From positions 2,700-66,699 of the forward strand of contig JBDGSN010000007.1 in NCBI GenBank assembly GCA_042217505.1: DNA of 64,000 bases. The letters are read 5' to 3'. The stretch's first letter is position 1. Each line of letters opens with the position of its first letter. Positions 32,799 to 41,983 of this stretch are shown here, piece after piece. The position numbers and the translations under genes are program-made. The notes below the pieces were generated by a model. The model had not been told where the DNA came from. It ran no database searches and saw only the letters and a program-made list of their open reading frames with translations. Source of the DNA: Candidatus Nanohaloarchaea archaeon (GTDB lineage: Archaea > Nanohalarchaeota > Nanosalinia > Nanosalinales > Nanosalinaceae).

Positions 32799-34613
32799 AT
32801 GACCAAGATATCAGTAACAGGTTCCAAGCGAGACATGGAGCAGGTGATAGAAGAACTTTACCGGCTTCAGGTCCTTGACCTCGATGATTACGAGGGAGAG
32901 TTCGACCTCGAAAAAGGTTCTCCTCTTGAAGAGGCAGAAGATCTTTCCGAGTTCCTTATCGATGTTCGTTCCCTTATCTCCAAGTTACCAGATGTAGAGG
33001 AGACCAGAGAGAGGACTATGAACATCTCCGATGTCCAGGACAAACTGCCTGAACTGACGGAGGAGATCGAATCCATAAACAACGAAAAAGCTCAGATCGA
33101 GAGCAAGATCAACTCAGTCAAGGAGCAGAGAAAGTTCTTCAGAAAGCTCCAGGGAACAGGACTTAGAGCAGAAGATCTTGAAGGAACAGGTACACTTGAA
33201 TCATTCATCGGGGAGTTCGATCAGGAAAGATTCGAGGAACTCATACCGAATGATAGATACGATATATTCAAGGGAGAAGGAGCAAAAGTTGTCTTCTACC
33301 CCAGTGATTACAGCGAAGAGTTCAGATATGCGATCGATGAATCCAGGACAGAGGAGCTTACCCTGGTTGATACAGATATGGAGGGTGCTGTTGAAAGCAT
33401 CAACCATAGGTTGAAGACAAGACGATCGGAACTCGAAAGTGAGGTCGAGGATCTCGAAAGAGACCTTGAAAGCATCTCGGAGAAATGGAGAGGTACACTT
33501 GAAGACACTGAAGAATTCCTCACTGAGAGAGTCGAGAAGGCAGAAGCACCTCTAAGTTTTGCGACCACTTATAATGCATTTATTGGGCAGGGATGGATAC
33601 CGTCCCAGAAATTCCAGGAGGTTGAGGAAAAGCTTGCTGATGTAACAGATGGAAGGATCCATGTCCAGAGAGAGGAGGGAGAGAATCCTCCTGTCAAGCA
33701 TGAGAACAACCGTTTTGTCCAGCCGTTCGAATCATTGACTGATCTCAGAGCGGTTCCTAAGTACAACGAGATCGATCCTTCATTAATAATATTCCTGACC
33801 TACCCACTGTTCTTCGGTTTCATGATCGGGGACGCTGGATACGGTCTGACAACACTGGCCATATTTTATCTAGGCTACAGGCTGTTTGATGCGAACGATC
33901 TGTTCAAGTCACTGATGTACGGTTCGATCGCTACTATAATCTTCGGACTGGCATTCGGTGACGCCTTCGGATTCGTCTTATTCGGCGAGCATTCTGTCCT
34001 GGCACAGCAGTTTGGTTTAAGCGCTTTCAGCCAGGTACCGATACTGTTCCACAGGGCGGAAAACCTGGACATGGTGTTCCAGATATCGGCGCTGATCGGA
34101 CTGGCACATGTCAATCTGGGCTACCTGCTCGGCGCATACAACGAGTACAGGAACCATGGATACAGGCAGGCACTGCTTGAGAAAGGTTCCTGGATAGCGC
34201 TCGAGATGGGTGCAGCACTATGGTACTTCGAAGGTATGACAGCCGGTCTACCGGTGATATTGCTCTCGATAATCACTCTCTACATGGGAGAGGGTATCGC
34301 AGGAGTGGTGGAGATACCATCACTGCTTTCAAACGTGCTTTCCTACCTCCGGATATTCGGTGTTTCGGTAGCAGCAGTTGCACTGGCAGCAGTAGTGAAC
34401 TCGTTGGCACAGCCGTTCTTCCAGATGGGGAGCGTAGTAGGCATCGCACTGGGAGTTATGGTGCTTATATTCGGACACACGTTCAACTCGTTTATCAAAA
34501 TCATCGAGGGCTTCCTTCAGGGAATCCGACTCCACTACGTGGAGATGTTCACAAAGTTCTTTGAAGGCGGCGGAAGAAGATACGCTCCATTCGGAGCAGA
34601 GGGTTCAGCATGA
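32799..34613 (+). CDS. atpI: A-type ATP synthase subunit I (a-subunit homologue)
   Basis: N-terminal soluble coiled-coil half and C-terminal multi-TM half containing LSYLRIFGVS (essential Arg region). Confidence 0.9.
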   Translation: MTKISVTGSKRDMEQVIEELYRLQVLDLDDYEGEFDLEKGSPLEEAEDLSEFLIDVRSLISKLPDVEETRERTMNISDVQDKLPELTEEIESINNEKAQIESKINSVKEQRKFFRKLQGTGLRAEDLEGTGTLESFIGEFDQERFEELIPNDRYDIFKGEGAKVVFYPSDYSEEFRYAIDESRTEELTLVDTDMEGAVESINHRLKTRRSELESEVEDLERDLESISEKWRGTLEDTEEFLTERVEKAEAPLSFATTYNAFIGQGWIPSQKFQEVEEKLADVTDGRIHVQREEGENPPVKHENNRFVQPFESLTDLRAVPKYNEIDPSLIIFLTYPLFFGFMIGDAGYGLTTLAIFYLGYRLFDANDLFKSLMYGSIATIIFGLAFGDAFGFVLFGEHSVLAQQFGLSAFSQVPILFHRAENLDMVFQISALIGLAHVNLGYLLGAYNEYRNHGYRQALLEKGSWIALEMGAALWYFEGMTAGLPVILLSIITLYMGEGIAGVVEIPSLLSNVLSYLRIFGVSVAAVALAAVVNSLAQPFFQMGSVVGIALGVMVLIFGHTFNSFIKIIEGFLQGIRLHYVEMFTKFFEGGGRRYAPFGAEGSA

Positions 34614-34676
34614 ACCCGCTTAACAGGAAATCTTCAGGATTTTCAAAAACCCAATATTTGAGGTGAAAACCACACA

Positions 34677-34910
34677 ATGGCAGCAGAAACAGCAGCAGTC
34701 GGCGGACTACAGGCAATCGGAGCAGGCCTAGCTATAGGTCTATCCGCACTTGCTACAGGAATCGCACAGGCAAAAATCGGATCAGCTGGAGTTGGAGCTC
34801 TAGCAGAAGATGAAAGCCTGTTCGGTCAGGTTCTTATCCTACTAGTTATCCCGGAAACAGCAGTAATTTTCGGACTGGTAGTTGCGCTGATCGCAGCAGG
34901 ATTCATTTAG
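34677..34910 (+). CDS. atpK: A-type ATP synthase subunit K (proteolipid c)
   Basis: 77-aa helical hairpin, G/A-rich, with the carboxylate in LLVIPETAVIFGLV. Confidence 0.9.
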   Translation: MAAETAAVGGLQAIGAGLAIGLSALATGIAQAKIGSAGVGALAEDESLFGQVLILLVIPETAVIFGLVVALIAAGFI

Positions 34911-35032
34911 AAAAACCCAACAGGGGGCCAAGCGCCCCTCCCTATTAATTATTTACCAAACAAGATAACGAGGCGAAAACAATACTATGAAACAAGAAAT
35001 AAAAACAAGCTCGGAATCCGCTGAAGGCGGGT

Positions 35033-35056
35033 TAACGGGTAACTTAGGGTGATAAC
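35033..35056 (+). promoter_or_regulatory. conserved translation-initiation leader TAACGGGTAACTTAGGGTGATAAC before atpE
   Basis: Near-identical to 40129-40151 before atpD. Contains the GGTGAT Shine-Dalgarno site. Confidence 0.5.
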
Positions 35057-35059
35057 CCA

Positions 35060-35596
35060 GTGGGACTACAAGAAGTCAAATCAGACATCCTTGAGGATGC
35101 AGAATCCAGGGCCGACGATATAGTCAAAGAGGCCGAGGAACAGGCACAGGAGATACTGGATGAAGCAGAAGAGGAAGCTGAAGAAATCAGGGAAAAGTAC
35201 GAGAAACAGCTAGAAGATGAAAAAGAGGCCTACAGGAAAAAAGAGATCTCGAACGCCAACATGAAGGCGAGAGAGAAAGAGCTCCAGGCCAAGCAGGAAA
35301 AGATGGAGCAGGTCTTTCAGGAGTTCAGGGAAGAGCTGAAAGATCTTTCTGACGATGAAAGAGAGAACTACATCAAGAACTGCATGGACTCAGTCGACTT
35401 CGAGGTCGGAAAGGTACTCGGCGGTTCAGAGTTCGAGGCGTTTGTCGACACCGATTTCGAGGAAGAAGACATCGACGGCATCATCGTCGTCTCGAAAGAT
35501 GGAAACAGGAGACAGAACTTCACGTTCAGCAAAATCGTTGACCAGTTCGAGGACGAGTACAGGAAGAACGTGGCTGAAAAGCTGTTCGAGGATTGA
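35060..35596 (+). CDS. atpE: A-type ATP synthase subunit E
   Basis: Position in the operon. N-terminal long E/K helix and C-terminal globular part. GTG start 6 nt after the Shine-Dalgarno site. Confidence 0.85.
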   Translation: MGLQEVKSDILEDAESRADDIVKEAEEQAQEILDEAEEEAEEIREKYEKQLEDEKEAYRKKEISNANMKAREKELQAKQEKMEQVFQEFREELKDLSDDERENYIKNCMDSVDFEVGKVLGGSEFEAFVDTDFEEEDIDGIIVVSKDGNRRQNFTFSKIVDQFEDEYRKNVAEKLFED

Positions 35597-36600
35597 TACA
35601 AGTGATAATTGAGCGCGACTACCCCTACATGTACGCCCGTGTAAGTGCCAAGAAGGCCAAGCTGCTTGAGAAGAACGACTACGAGAACCTTCTCAAGATG
35701 GAGCCTAACGAGATAGCAAGGCAGCTCCAGGAAGGCGAGTACAATGACGATATCGACGACCTCGGTGCAAAACATGACGGCGTTGAACTGGTGGAGCTTG
35801 CGCTCATGAGAAACGTTTCCAGGACGATGAGCGAACTCATAGAGATGTCGCCTGAATCCCTTAAATCGGTGCTACAGGCATACCTGAGAAGGTACGACCT
35901 CATGAGCTTCAAGAGGCTTCTAAGATGGAAGAAAGGAGGAGAGATGAACGGTATAGAAAGCTTCCTTGTACCGGTGGGAAGATACGATCTGGAGGATCTG
36001 AGAGAGCTATCTGAGAGGAGCTTCGACGAGATAAAAGACGCTATCAGGTTTCCTGAATCAGAGGTCGACTACCATGAAGCAGCGATGAACGCTGATACCC
36101 TCAAGGATATAGAAAGGGATCTTGACAGGAAGTACTACGAGGAGATGAAGAAGCTTCAGAGAGAGATCAATAGCAACTGGTTCAGCAAGTTCATCAATGA
36201 TGAGATAAGGTACGAAAACCTGAAGATCGCTCTGAGACTGAAGAAGTACGAGATGGAGGAGTCTGATATCCAGAGCTGGCTTGTAACAGATGATAAAGAC
36301 GATATAAAGGAAGTGCTTAACGCCAAAGATCTTGGAAGCGCTTTAGATGCGGCCAAGTCCTCAGGACTCATCGACTCAGATGCCGGTGAAACACTTGAGG
36401 AAGTGGAGCACAGCATCGAGGTAAGCCGTCTTAACCGTGCCCTGAAGACGCTTCACGTCGAACCGCTTGGAGTCACATCTATACTTGGTTACATAGTGGC
36501 GAAGCTTATCGAGGTCAAGAACCTCAGGATGCTTATCAGGGCGAAGGAGACGGGCATACAAAACCTGGAGACTATCAGGGGCAACCTTGTGCTTTCGTAG
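35593..36600 (+). CDS. atpC: A-type ATP synthase subunit C
   Basis: The YPYMYARVSAKKAKLL N-terminus and all-helical 335 aa are typical of subunit C (d homologue). The start (TTG 35593 or GTG 35602) is uncertain. Confidence 0.85.
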   Translation: MIQVIIERDYPYMYARVSAKKAKLLEKNDYENLLKMEPNEIARQLQEGEYNDDIDDLGAKHDGVELVELALMRNVSRTMSELIEMSPESLKSVLQAYLRRYDLMSFKRLLRWKKGGEMNGIESFLVPVGRYDLEDLRELSERSFDEIKDAIRFPESEVDYHEAAMNADTLKDIERDLDRKYYEEMKKLQREINSNWFSKFINDEIRYENLKIALRLKKYEMEESDIQSWLVTDDKDDIKEVLNAKDLGSALDAAKSSGLIDSDAGETLEEVEHSIEVSRLNRALKTLHVEPLGVTSILGYIVAKLIEVKNLRMLIRAKETGIQNLETIRGNLVLS

Positions 36601-36610
36601 GTGAAGAAGA

Positions 36611-36928
36611 GTGGATATGGAAGAAAAAACAAAGAAGTCGATTGCGGTAATAGGTAGAGACGAGTTCACGCTCGGTTTCAGGCTTGCCGGAATCCAGAAG
36701 ATATTCAACCCTGAGAACTATGCGGAAAAGATCCAGGAGCTCGTTAAGAGGGATGATATAGGAATCCTTGTCGCAGAGCAGAGAGATGTCGAGGAACTAC
36801 CTAACCGTGTGAAGAACAGGGTAGAGGAATCGGTCGATCCTGTAGTTGTTCAGCTATCAGAGGAAGGAGAGTCAATGAATCTAGGAGAGAAAATCCAGAA
36901 GGTAATCGGAGTGGACATCACTCAGTAA
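36611..36928 (+). CDS. atpF: A-type ATP synthase subunit F
   Basis: About 100 aa with IAVIGRDEFTLGFRLAGI, the subunit F signature. Confidence 0.85.
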   Translation: MDMEEKTKKSIAVIGRDEFTLGFRLAGIQKIFNPENYAEKIQELVKRDDIGILVAEQRDVEELPNRVKNRVEESVDPVVVQLSEEGESMNLGEKIQKVIGVDITQ

Positions 36929-36957
36929 AATTCTATATTATAAGGTGAAACAATAAA

Positions 36958-38697
36958 ATGGCAGACGCAAATGGCGAAATTTACAAGGTCACAGGACCTG
37001 TCGTCGTTGCGACCGGGATGAACCCTCAGATGTACGACGTTGTACACGTCGGCGACGAGGGACTGATGGGCGAAGTTATCCAGATAGAAGGAGACAAAGC
37101 CTACATCCAGGTCTACGAGGACACAACAGGCATCAAACCAGGAGAACCAGTAGAGAACACAGGAGAACCTCTATCCGTAGAGCTCGGACCAGGACTACTT
37201 GGCTCGATCTACGACGGACTTCAGAGACCTCTTCCAGTACTCCAGGACAAGACCGGAGACTTCATCGAGAGAGGAGAGGCAGCACCAGGAATCGATCTAG
37301 AGGAAGAATACGAGTTCGAACCAGTGGTTGAGGAAGGCGACAACGTGGAGCCGGGACACCAGCTTGGTAAGACAGAGGTCAAGTTCGGAGAGCACAAAGT
37401 CATGCTACCTCCACACTTCGAAGGCGGAGAAGTGGATGAGATCAAGGAAGGCAGCTTCAACGTTGAGGAGACGATCGCCGTAGTAGATGGCCAGGAAGTC
37501 TCCATGAGACAGGACTGGCCTATCAGGGAGCCAAGACCGGTCGGAGAAGATCTTAAACCGGAAGTGCCTCTGATCACAGGACAGAGAGTTCTCGACGGAC
37601 TGTTCCCTATCGCAAAGGGAGGGACAGCAGCTATCCCAGGACCGTTCGGTTCAGGGAAAACTGTTACGCAGCAGTCTCTTGCCAAGTTCTCCGACGCCGA
37701 TATAATCGTATACATCGGTTGTGGAGAGCGTGGGAACGAGATGACAGAAGTTCTGGAAGAGTTCCCGGAACTGGAAGATCCACAGACAGGAGACAAAATC
37801 ATAAACAGAACAGTTCTCATCGCGAACACATCCAACATGCCTGTAGCAGCTCGTGAAGCATCGATCTACACTGGAGTAACGATCGCAGAGTACTTCAGGG
37901 ACATGGGACTGGATGTCGCACTGATGGCAGACTCAACAAGCCGTTGGGCAGAAGCAATGCGTGAAGTATCCGCAAGACTGGAAGAGATGCCTGGTGAAAG
38001 AGGTTACCCGGCATACCTTGCTTCAAGACTTGCAGAGTTCTACGAAAGAGCAGGAAGAGTAGAGCCTATGGGACCAGAAAACCCTGGTTCCGTATCGATC
38101 ATCGGAGCTGTTTCTCCTCCGGGAGGAGACTTCTCCGAGCCTGTAACCCAGAACACGCTGAGAGTTGTCAAAAACTTCTGGGCACTGGATGCAGATCTTG
38201 CAGAGAAAAGACACTTCCCGTCCATCAACTGGGATGAGTCGTACTCCGGTTACTCCGAGATGCTTTCCAAGTACTTCGAGGATAAAGTCGAGGATGACTG
38301 GCAGGAAAACGTCCAGAGGATGAAAGATCTTCTCCAGAAGGACGGAGAGCTCCAGGAGACAGTGCAGCTCGTCGGTAAGGACGCACTTCCTGACAGGGAA
38401 AGACTTACACTGGAGATCGCAAACCTGATCAAAAGGTTCTATCTCCAGCAGAACGCTTTCCACGATGTCGACCAGTACTGTGGACCAGAGAAAACCTACG
38501 ACATACTCGATCTGATCCTTGAATGGGGAGACAGGGCCTACGACGCACTTGAAGAAGGTGCGATGGTAGAGGACATAGTTTCCCTTGACTCGAGGAGCAG
38601 GATCTCTGAGATGAAGTTCGAGGCGGACTACAGACCGCTTAAGGAAGAGCTTCAGGACCAGATGGAGAAAGAGTTTGAAGAGGTCGTAGAGGAGTAG
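36958..38697 (+). CDS. atpA: A-type ATP synthase catalytic subunit A (no intein)
   Basis: P-loop GPFGSGKTV, the non-homologous region, and [13 protein letters not shown]. Confidence 0.97.
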   Translation: MADANGEIYKVTGPVVVATGMNPQMYDVVHVGDEGLMGEVIQIEGDKAYIQVYEDTTGIKPGEPVENTGEPLSVELGPGLLGSIYDGLQRPLPVLQDKTGDFIERGEAAPGIDLEEEYEFEPVVEEGDNVEPGHQLGKTEVKFGEHKVMLPPHFEGGEVDEIKEGSFNVEETIAVVDGQEVSMRQDWPIREPRPVGEDLKPEVPLITGQRVLDGLFPIAKGGTAAIPGPFGSGKTVTQQSLAKFSDADIIVYIGCGERGNEMTEVLEEFPELEDPQTGDKIINRTVLIANTSNMPVAAREASIYTGVTIAEYFRDMGLDVALMADSTSRWAEAMREVSARLEEMPGERGYPAYLASRLAEFYERAGRVEPMGPENPGSVSIIGAVSPPGGDFSEPVTQNTLRVVKNFWALDADLAEKRHFPSINWDESYSGYSEMLSKYFEDKVEDDWQENVQRMKDLLQKDGELQETVQLVGKDALPDRERLTLEIANLIKRFYLQQNAFHDVDQYCGPEKTYDILDLILEWGDRAYDALEEGAMVEDIVSLDSRSRISEMKFEADYRPLKEELQDQMEKEFEEVVEE

Positions 38698-38708
38698 AGG
38701 TGATCAAA

Positions 38709-40100
38709 ATGCAAGAAGAATACCAGACGATCAACGAGGTCAGAGGACCTCTAGTATTTGTTGAGAAAACCGAGAACATCGCCTACGGAGACATCGTAGA
38801 GGTAGAGACTCCTGATGGAGAAGTCAAGCAGGGAGAAGTACTCGAGACCAGCAAGGACGTTGTAGTTGTCCAGGTCTACGAGGAAACACAGGGAATCGGT
38901 CAGGATGCTCACGTAAGGTTCCTCAACCAGAACGTACAGATGCCGGTCACAGATGACCTTCTGGGAAGAGTTCTGGACGGTAGAGGAAACCCTATCGACG
39001 GCGGACCAGAGATAATCCCGGATGAGGAGAGAGATATCATCGGGGAAGCCATCAACCCTTACTCAAGAGAGCTTCCAGAGGACTTCATCCAGACAGGAGT
39101 CTCATCGATCGATGTCATGAACACACTGGTTCGTGGACAGAAGCTACCGATCTTCTCAGGATCTGGTCTTCCACACAACGAACTGGCGATGCAGATCGCT
39201 CGACAGGCGGATGTAAAGTCTGATGATGGCGATGAGGATTTCGCTGTAGTCTTCGCAGGTATGGGAATCACCGAGGAAGAATCCCAGGACTTCATCGACG
39301 AGTTCAGGGAGACCGGAGCACTAGAACGCTCAGTAGTATTCCTGAACAAGGCAGATGACCCTGCCCCAGAACGTATCATCACACCAAGGATGGCACTGAC
39401 GACAGCAGAGTACCTTGCCTACGAGAAAGGCATGGAAGTACTGGTCATCATGACGGACATGACCAACTACTGTAACGCACTGAGAGAGGTCTCAGCAGCA
39501 AGAGAGGAAGTGCCTGGTAGAAGAGGTTATCCGGGATACATGTACACGGACCTCGCTAACCTGTACGAAAGAGCAGGTATCATCGAGGGAAGAGAAGGTT
39601 CGGTCACACAGCTTCCGATCCTTACTATGGTCGGAGACGACATGACACACCCGATCCCAGACCTCACAGGTTACATCACAGAGGGACAGATCGTTGTTGA
39701 CAGAGACCTAGACAACCAGGGATACCAGCCACCTATCGATGTCCTGCCAAGCCTTTCCAGGCTGATGGACAACGGTATCGGAGAAGGATTCACAAGAGCT
39801 GATCACGGAGATGTTTCCGACCAGCTCTATGCGCTCTACGCGGAAGGCCAGTCCCTCAGAGACCTTGTTGCGATCGTCGGTGAAGACGCTCTCTCCGACA
39901 AGGACGAGAAGATCCTTGACTTCACAAGACAGTTCGAGAAGAGGTTCGTCGACCAGGGTGATAGGACCAACAGGGATATCATCGAGTCACTTGACCTGGC
40001 ATGGAGGCTACTTGACATAGTTCCGGAGTCAGAGCTGACAAGGATCGATCCAGAAACCATAGAGAAATACCTTTCAAGCAAACAGGAGGGAAACGAGTAA
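38709..40100 (+). CDS. atpB: A-type ATP synthase subunit B
   Basis: [18 protein letters not shown] and [16 protein letters not shown] at 38709 follows the GGTGATC Shine-Dalgarno site. Confidence 0.97.
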   Translation: MQEEYQTINEVRGPLVFVEKTENIAYGDIVEVETPDGEVKQGEVLETSKDVVVVQVYEETQGIGQDAHVRFLNQNVQMPVTDDLLGRVLDGRGNPIDGGPEIIPDEERDIIGEAINPYSRELPEDFIQTGVSSIDVMNTLVRGQKLPIFSGSGLPHNELAMQIARQADVKSDDGDEDFAVVFAGMGITEEESQDFIDEFRETGALERSVVFLNKADDPAPERIITPRMALTTAEYLAYEKGMEVLVIMTDMTNYCNALREVSAAREEVPGRRGYPGYMYTDLANLYERAGIIEGREGSVTQLPILTMVGDDMTHPIPDLTGYITEGQIVVDRDLDNQGYQPPIDVLPSLSRLMDNGIGEGFTRADHGDVSDQLYALYAEGQSLRDLVAIVGEDALSDKDEKILDFTRQFEKRFVDQGDRTNRDIIESLDLAWRLLDIVPESELTRIDPETIEKYLSSKQEGNE

Positions 40101-40128
40101 ACCTTTAAAGGCCGTGCTCTGCACGGTC

Positions 40129-40151
40129 TAACGGTAACTTAAGGTGATAAC
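40129..40151 (+). promoter_or_regulatory. conserved translation-initiation leader TAACGGTAACTTAAGGTGATAAC before atpD
   Basis: Near-identical to 35033-35056. Preceded by a 6-bp hairpin ccgtgc-tct-gcacgg. Confidence 0.5.
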
Positions 40152-40154
40152 TAG

Positions 40155-40787
40155 ATGGCACAGGACGTAAAACCGACGCGCAGCGAAGAACTTCGCCTGA
40201 AGGAAAGGATAGACCTGGCCGAGAACGGCCACGATATCCTTGAGAAGAAGAGAGATGGCCTTATCCATGAGTTCATGGAGATAGCCGGCGATGCGAGAGA
40301 GGTCAGTGAAGAACTGGCAGATCTCTACTCAAAGGCAAGGCTCAAGCTTCTCATGGCAAAGGTCTACGACGGGGAGGACTCCATAAGGGCGAACGCATTC
40401 CCTGTAACGACAGAGCCTATGATCTCAACCACGACGCAGAACATCATGGGCGTAGTGGTACCGGAGATCGAGTCCGAGCAGATAAGAAGGGATATCTTCG
40501 ACAAGGAGTACGGTATCACATCCGCATCCTCAAGGATCGACTCGGTAGCGGACAACTACGAGAAACTTCTCGAACAGATAGTCCAGGCAGCAGAGACCCA
40601 GACCAAGATCCTCAAACTTCTCAACGAGATAGAGAAGACCAAGAGAAGGGTTAACGCGCTCGAGCACAAAGTCATCCCAGAACTATCGAACAACTTGGAC
40701 AAGGTATCTCAGATGCTGGAAGAACGTGAGAGAGAAGAGACCTTCCGCATGAAGAAGATCAAAGAGATGCAGGAAGAGGAGGCATAA
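40155..40787 (+). CDS. atpD: A-type ATP synthase subunit D
   Basis: VKPTRSEELRLKERIDLAENGHDILEKKRD is typical of subunit D. Last gene of the operon. Confidence 0.95.
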   Translation: MAQDVKPTRSEELRLKERIDLAENGHDILEKKRDGLIHEFMEIAGDAREVSEELADLYSKARLKLLMAKVYDGEDSIRANAFPVTTEPMISTTTQNIMGVVVPEIESEQIRRDIFDKEYGITSASSRIDSVADNYEKLLEQIVQAAETQTKILKLLNEIEKTKRRVNALEHKVIPELSNNLDKVSQMLEEREREETFRMKKIKEMQEEEA

Positions 40788-40840
40788 CTGCCTCACCACT
40801 TTTACTCTTGTTATTATTCTTCGAGTAGTTCTTAGTTAGT

Positions 40841-40880
40841 CTAGCGGAACTGTCGGAACTATCTTCGCTTGTTTATAAAC
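40841..40880 (+). promoter_or_regulatory. promoter of the 50-aa zinc-finger ORF: tandem 9-bp element plus GTTTATAAAC
   Basis: C TAGCGGAAC TGTCGGAAC - 11 nt - GTTTATAAAC. About 29/40 identical to the promoter of the 57-aa ORF at 1912-1959, with the same spacing and orientation. Confidence 0.55.
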
Positions 40881-40906
40881 TGAGCGTCGGTAATCAAAGG
40901 ATACCG

Positions 40907-41059
40907 ATGAGTGGTGGAAAGCTGAGAGAAGTTTACAGTCCAGATGAGAAAGCTGCAAACGAGGAAGGGGAATGCTTCAGGGAGGAGGGGCATGCCTGGG
41001 TCGGAGACGACAAGGTGGAGATCTGCATCCACTGCGGTGCCGAGATCAGGCTGGACTGA
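40907..41059 (+). CDS. small zinc-finger-like protein (50 aa), unannotated in the track
   Basis: Hand translation gives MSGGKLREVYSPDEKAANEEGECFREEGHAWVGDDKVEICIHCGAEIRLD (C..H...CxxC). The ATG is 27 nt after the TATA box. Confidence 0.45.
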   Translation: MSGGKLREVYSPDEKAANEEGECFREEGHAWVGDDKVEICIHCGAEIRLD

Positions 41060-41113
41060 GCCACTCCTCTCATTTTTCTATATTATTCTTTTTACTAGCT
41101 ACCCTGTCGAAGA

Positions 41114-41275
41114 TTAACATGAAACTGCTGCAAAGCCCCAGACAAAGAATACTGTGACTGCTAAGGCGATGGCATCAATTTTGCCGAGAAAGTATGCATA
41201 GACTGAGGCGCCTGCTACACCGCCAAATAAGCTTATGCCAAAGTCTTTAGCTGCACTGGCAATTTTATCGTTCAT
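41114..41275 (-). CDS. small membrane protein (53 aa), unannotated in the track
   Basis: Hand translation gives MNDKIASAAKDFGISLFGGVAGASVYAYFLGKIDAIALAVTVFFVWGFAAVSC, with two hydrophobic helices. Its ATG overlaps the SGNH hydrolase stop (ATGA). Confidence 0.4.
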   Translation of the reverse strand: MNDKIASAAKDFGISLFGGVAGASVYAYFLGKIDAIALAVTVFFVWGFAAVSC

Positions 41276-41898
41276 ATCATCCTTTCTTCTTCCATGTAGT
41301 CTTTTACTATGTCTTTCAGCAGTTCGTGGCCTTCTGCGTTAGGGTGAAGTCCGTCTTCCAGCAGTTCGGCGTAGTCGCGGTCGATGAAGTTGTCATAGAT
41401 CTCGATGAAGTGGACGTCGTATCTTACACAGAGCTCGTATATCGCATCCTCGTATCTTCTGATCTCCTTGTACCGGTAGGCTTTCCTGCTGTTCCAGGGA
41501 AGAGGATCGACGTCTCCCTCGACTACCGGTGTTAGTCCAAGAATGAGCACTTCATCCGCTAGATCAAGAGCTCTGAGTATGATCTTCTCCATGTTCTGTT
41601 GTGTCTCCTGTATGTTGACCTGGTTCTCACGGTCGTTGACCAGTAGTACCAGGCTATCATTGATGCCGACCTGAAAGATAAGGACTGTCTCAGAGCTTTC
41701 ATCTACTACTCTACGACTTTCCAGCTCATCTTCAAACCGTCTGAGGGTATCCCGGGTGGTGTCTCCTGACACTCCAAGATTGTAGATAAAATAGTCTTCG
41801 TCTATATCAAGTTCTTTCCTGAATCTTTCAGTCCATCCACCTTCGGGATCTTTCTCTCCCATCGCTATGCTGTCGCCGAAGACGAGAACGTTCTTCAT
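41272..41898 (-). CDS. SGNH/GDSL-family hydrolase
   Basis: Block I VFGDSIAMGE, block III GINDS, block V DGLHPN. Confidence 0.8.
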   Translation of the reverse strand: MKNVLVFGDSIAMGEKDPEGGWTERFRKELDIDEDYFIYNLGVSGDTTRDTLRRFEDELESRRVVDESSETVLIFQVGINDSLVLLVNDRENQVNIQETQQNMEKIILRALDLADEVLILGLTPVVEGDVDPLPWNSRKAYRYKEIRRYEDAIYELCVRYDVHFIEIYDNFIDRDYAELLEDGLHPNAEGHELLKDIVKDYMEEERMI

Positions 41899-41983
41899 AC
41901 TCTAGAATTGGCGTAACCGATTGACATCATTAATGGAAAGAAAAAAACGGTTGAAATATGTGGCCGTGTTTTTCCGTGGGTTT

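Noticed and set aside
34911-35059. 149-nt gap between atpK and atpE considered as a small RNA or leader peptide (20-aa ORF MKQEIKTSSESAEGGLTGNLG)
   Set aside because: It has only weak 4-bp hairpins and no promoter. The mini-ORF has no Shine-Dalgarno site. It more likely acts as an intra-operon attenuator or processing spacer.
40972-41157. 61-aa plus-strand ORF (MLQGGGACLGRRRQGG...)
   Set aside because: It is an alternative frame overlapping the better-supported 50-aa ORF (40907-41059), which has a correctly spaced TATA box. Its composition is Gly/Arg/Leu-rich and it runs through the T-rich terminator-like region.
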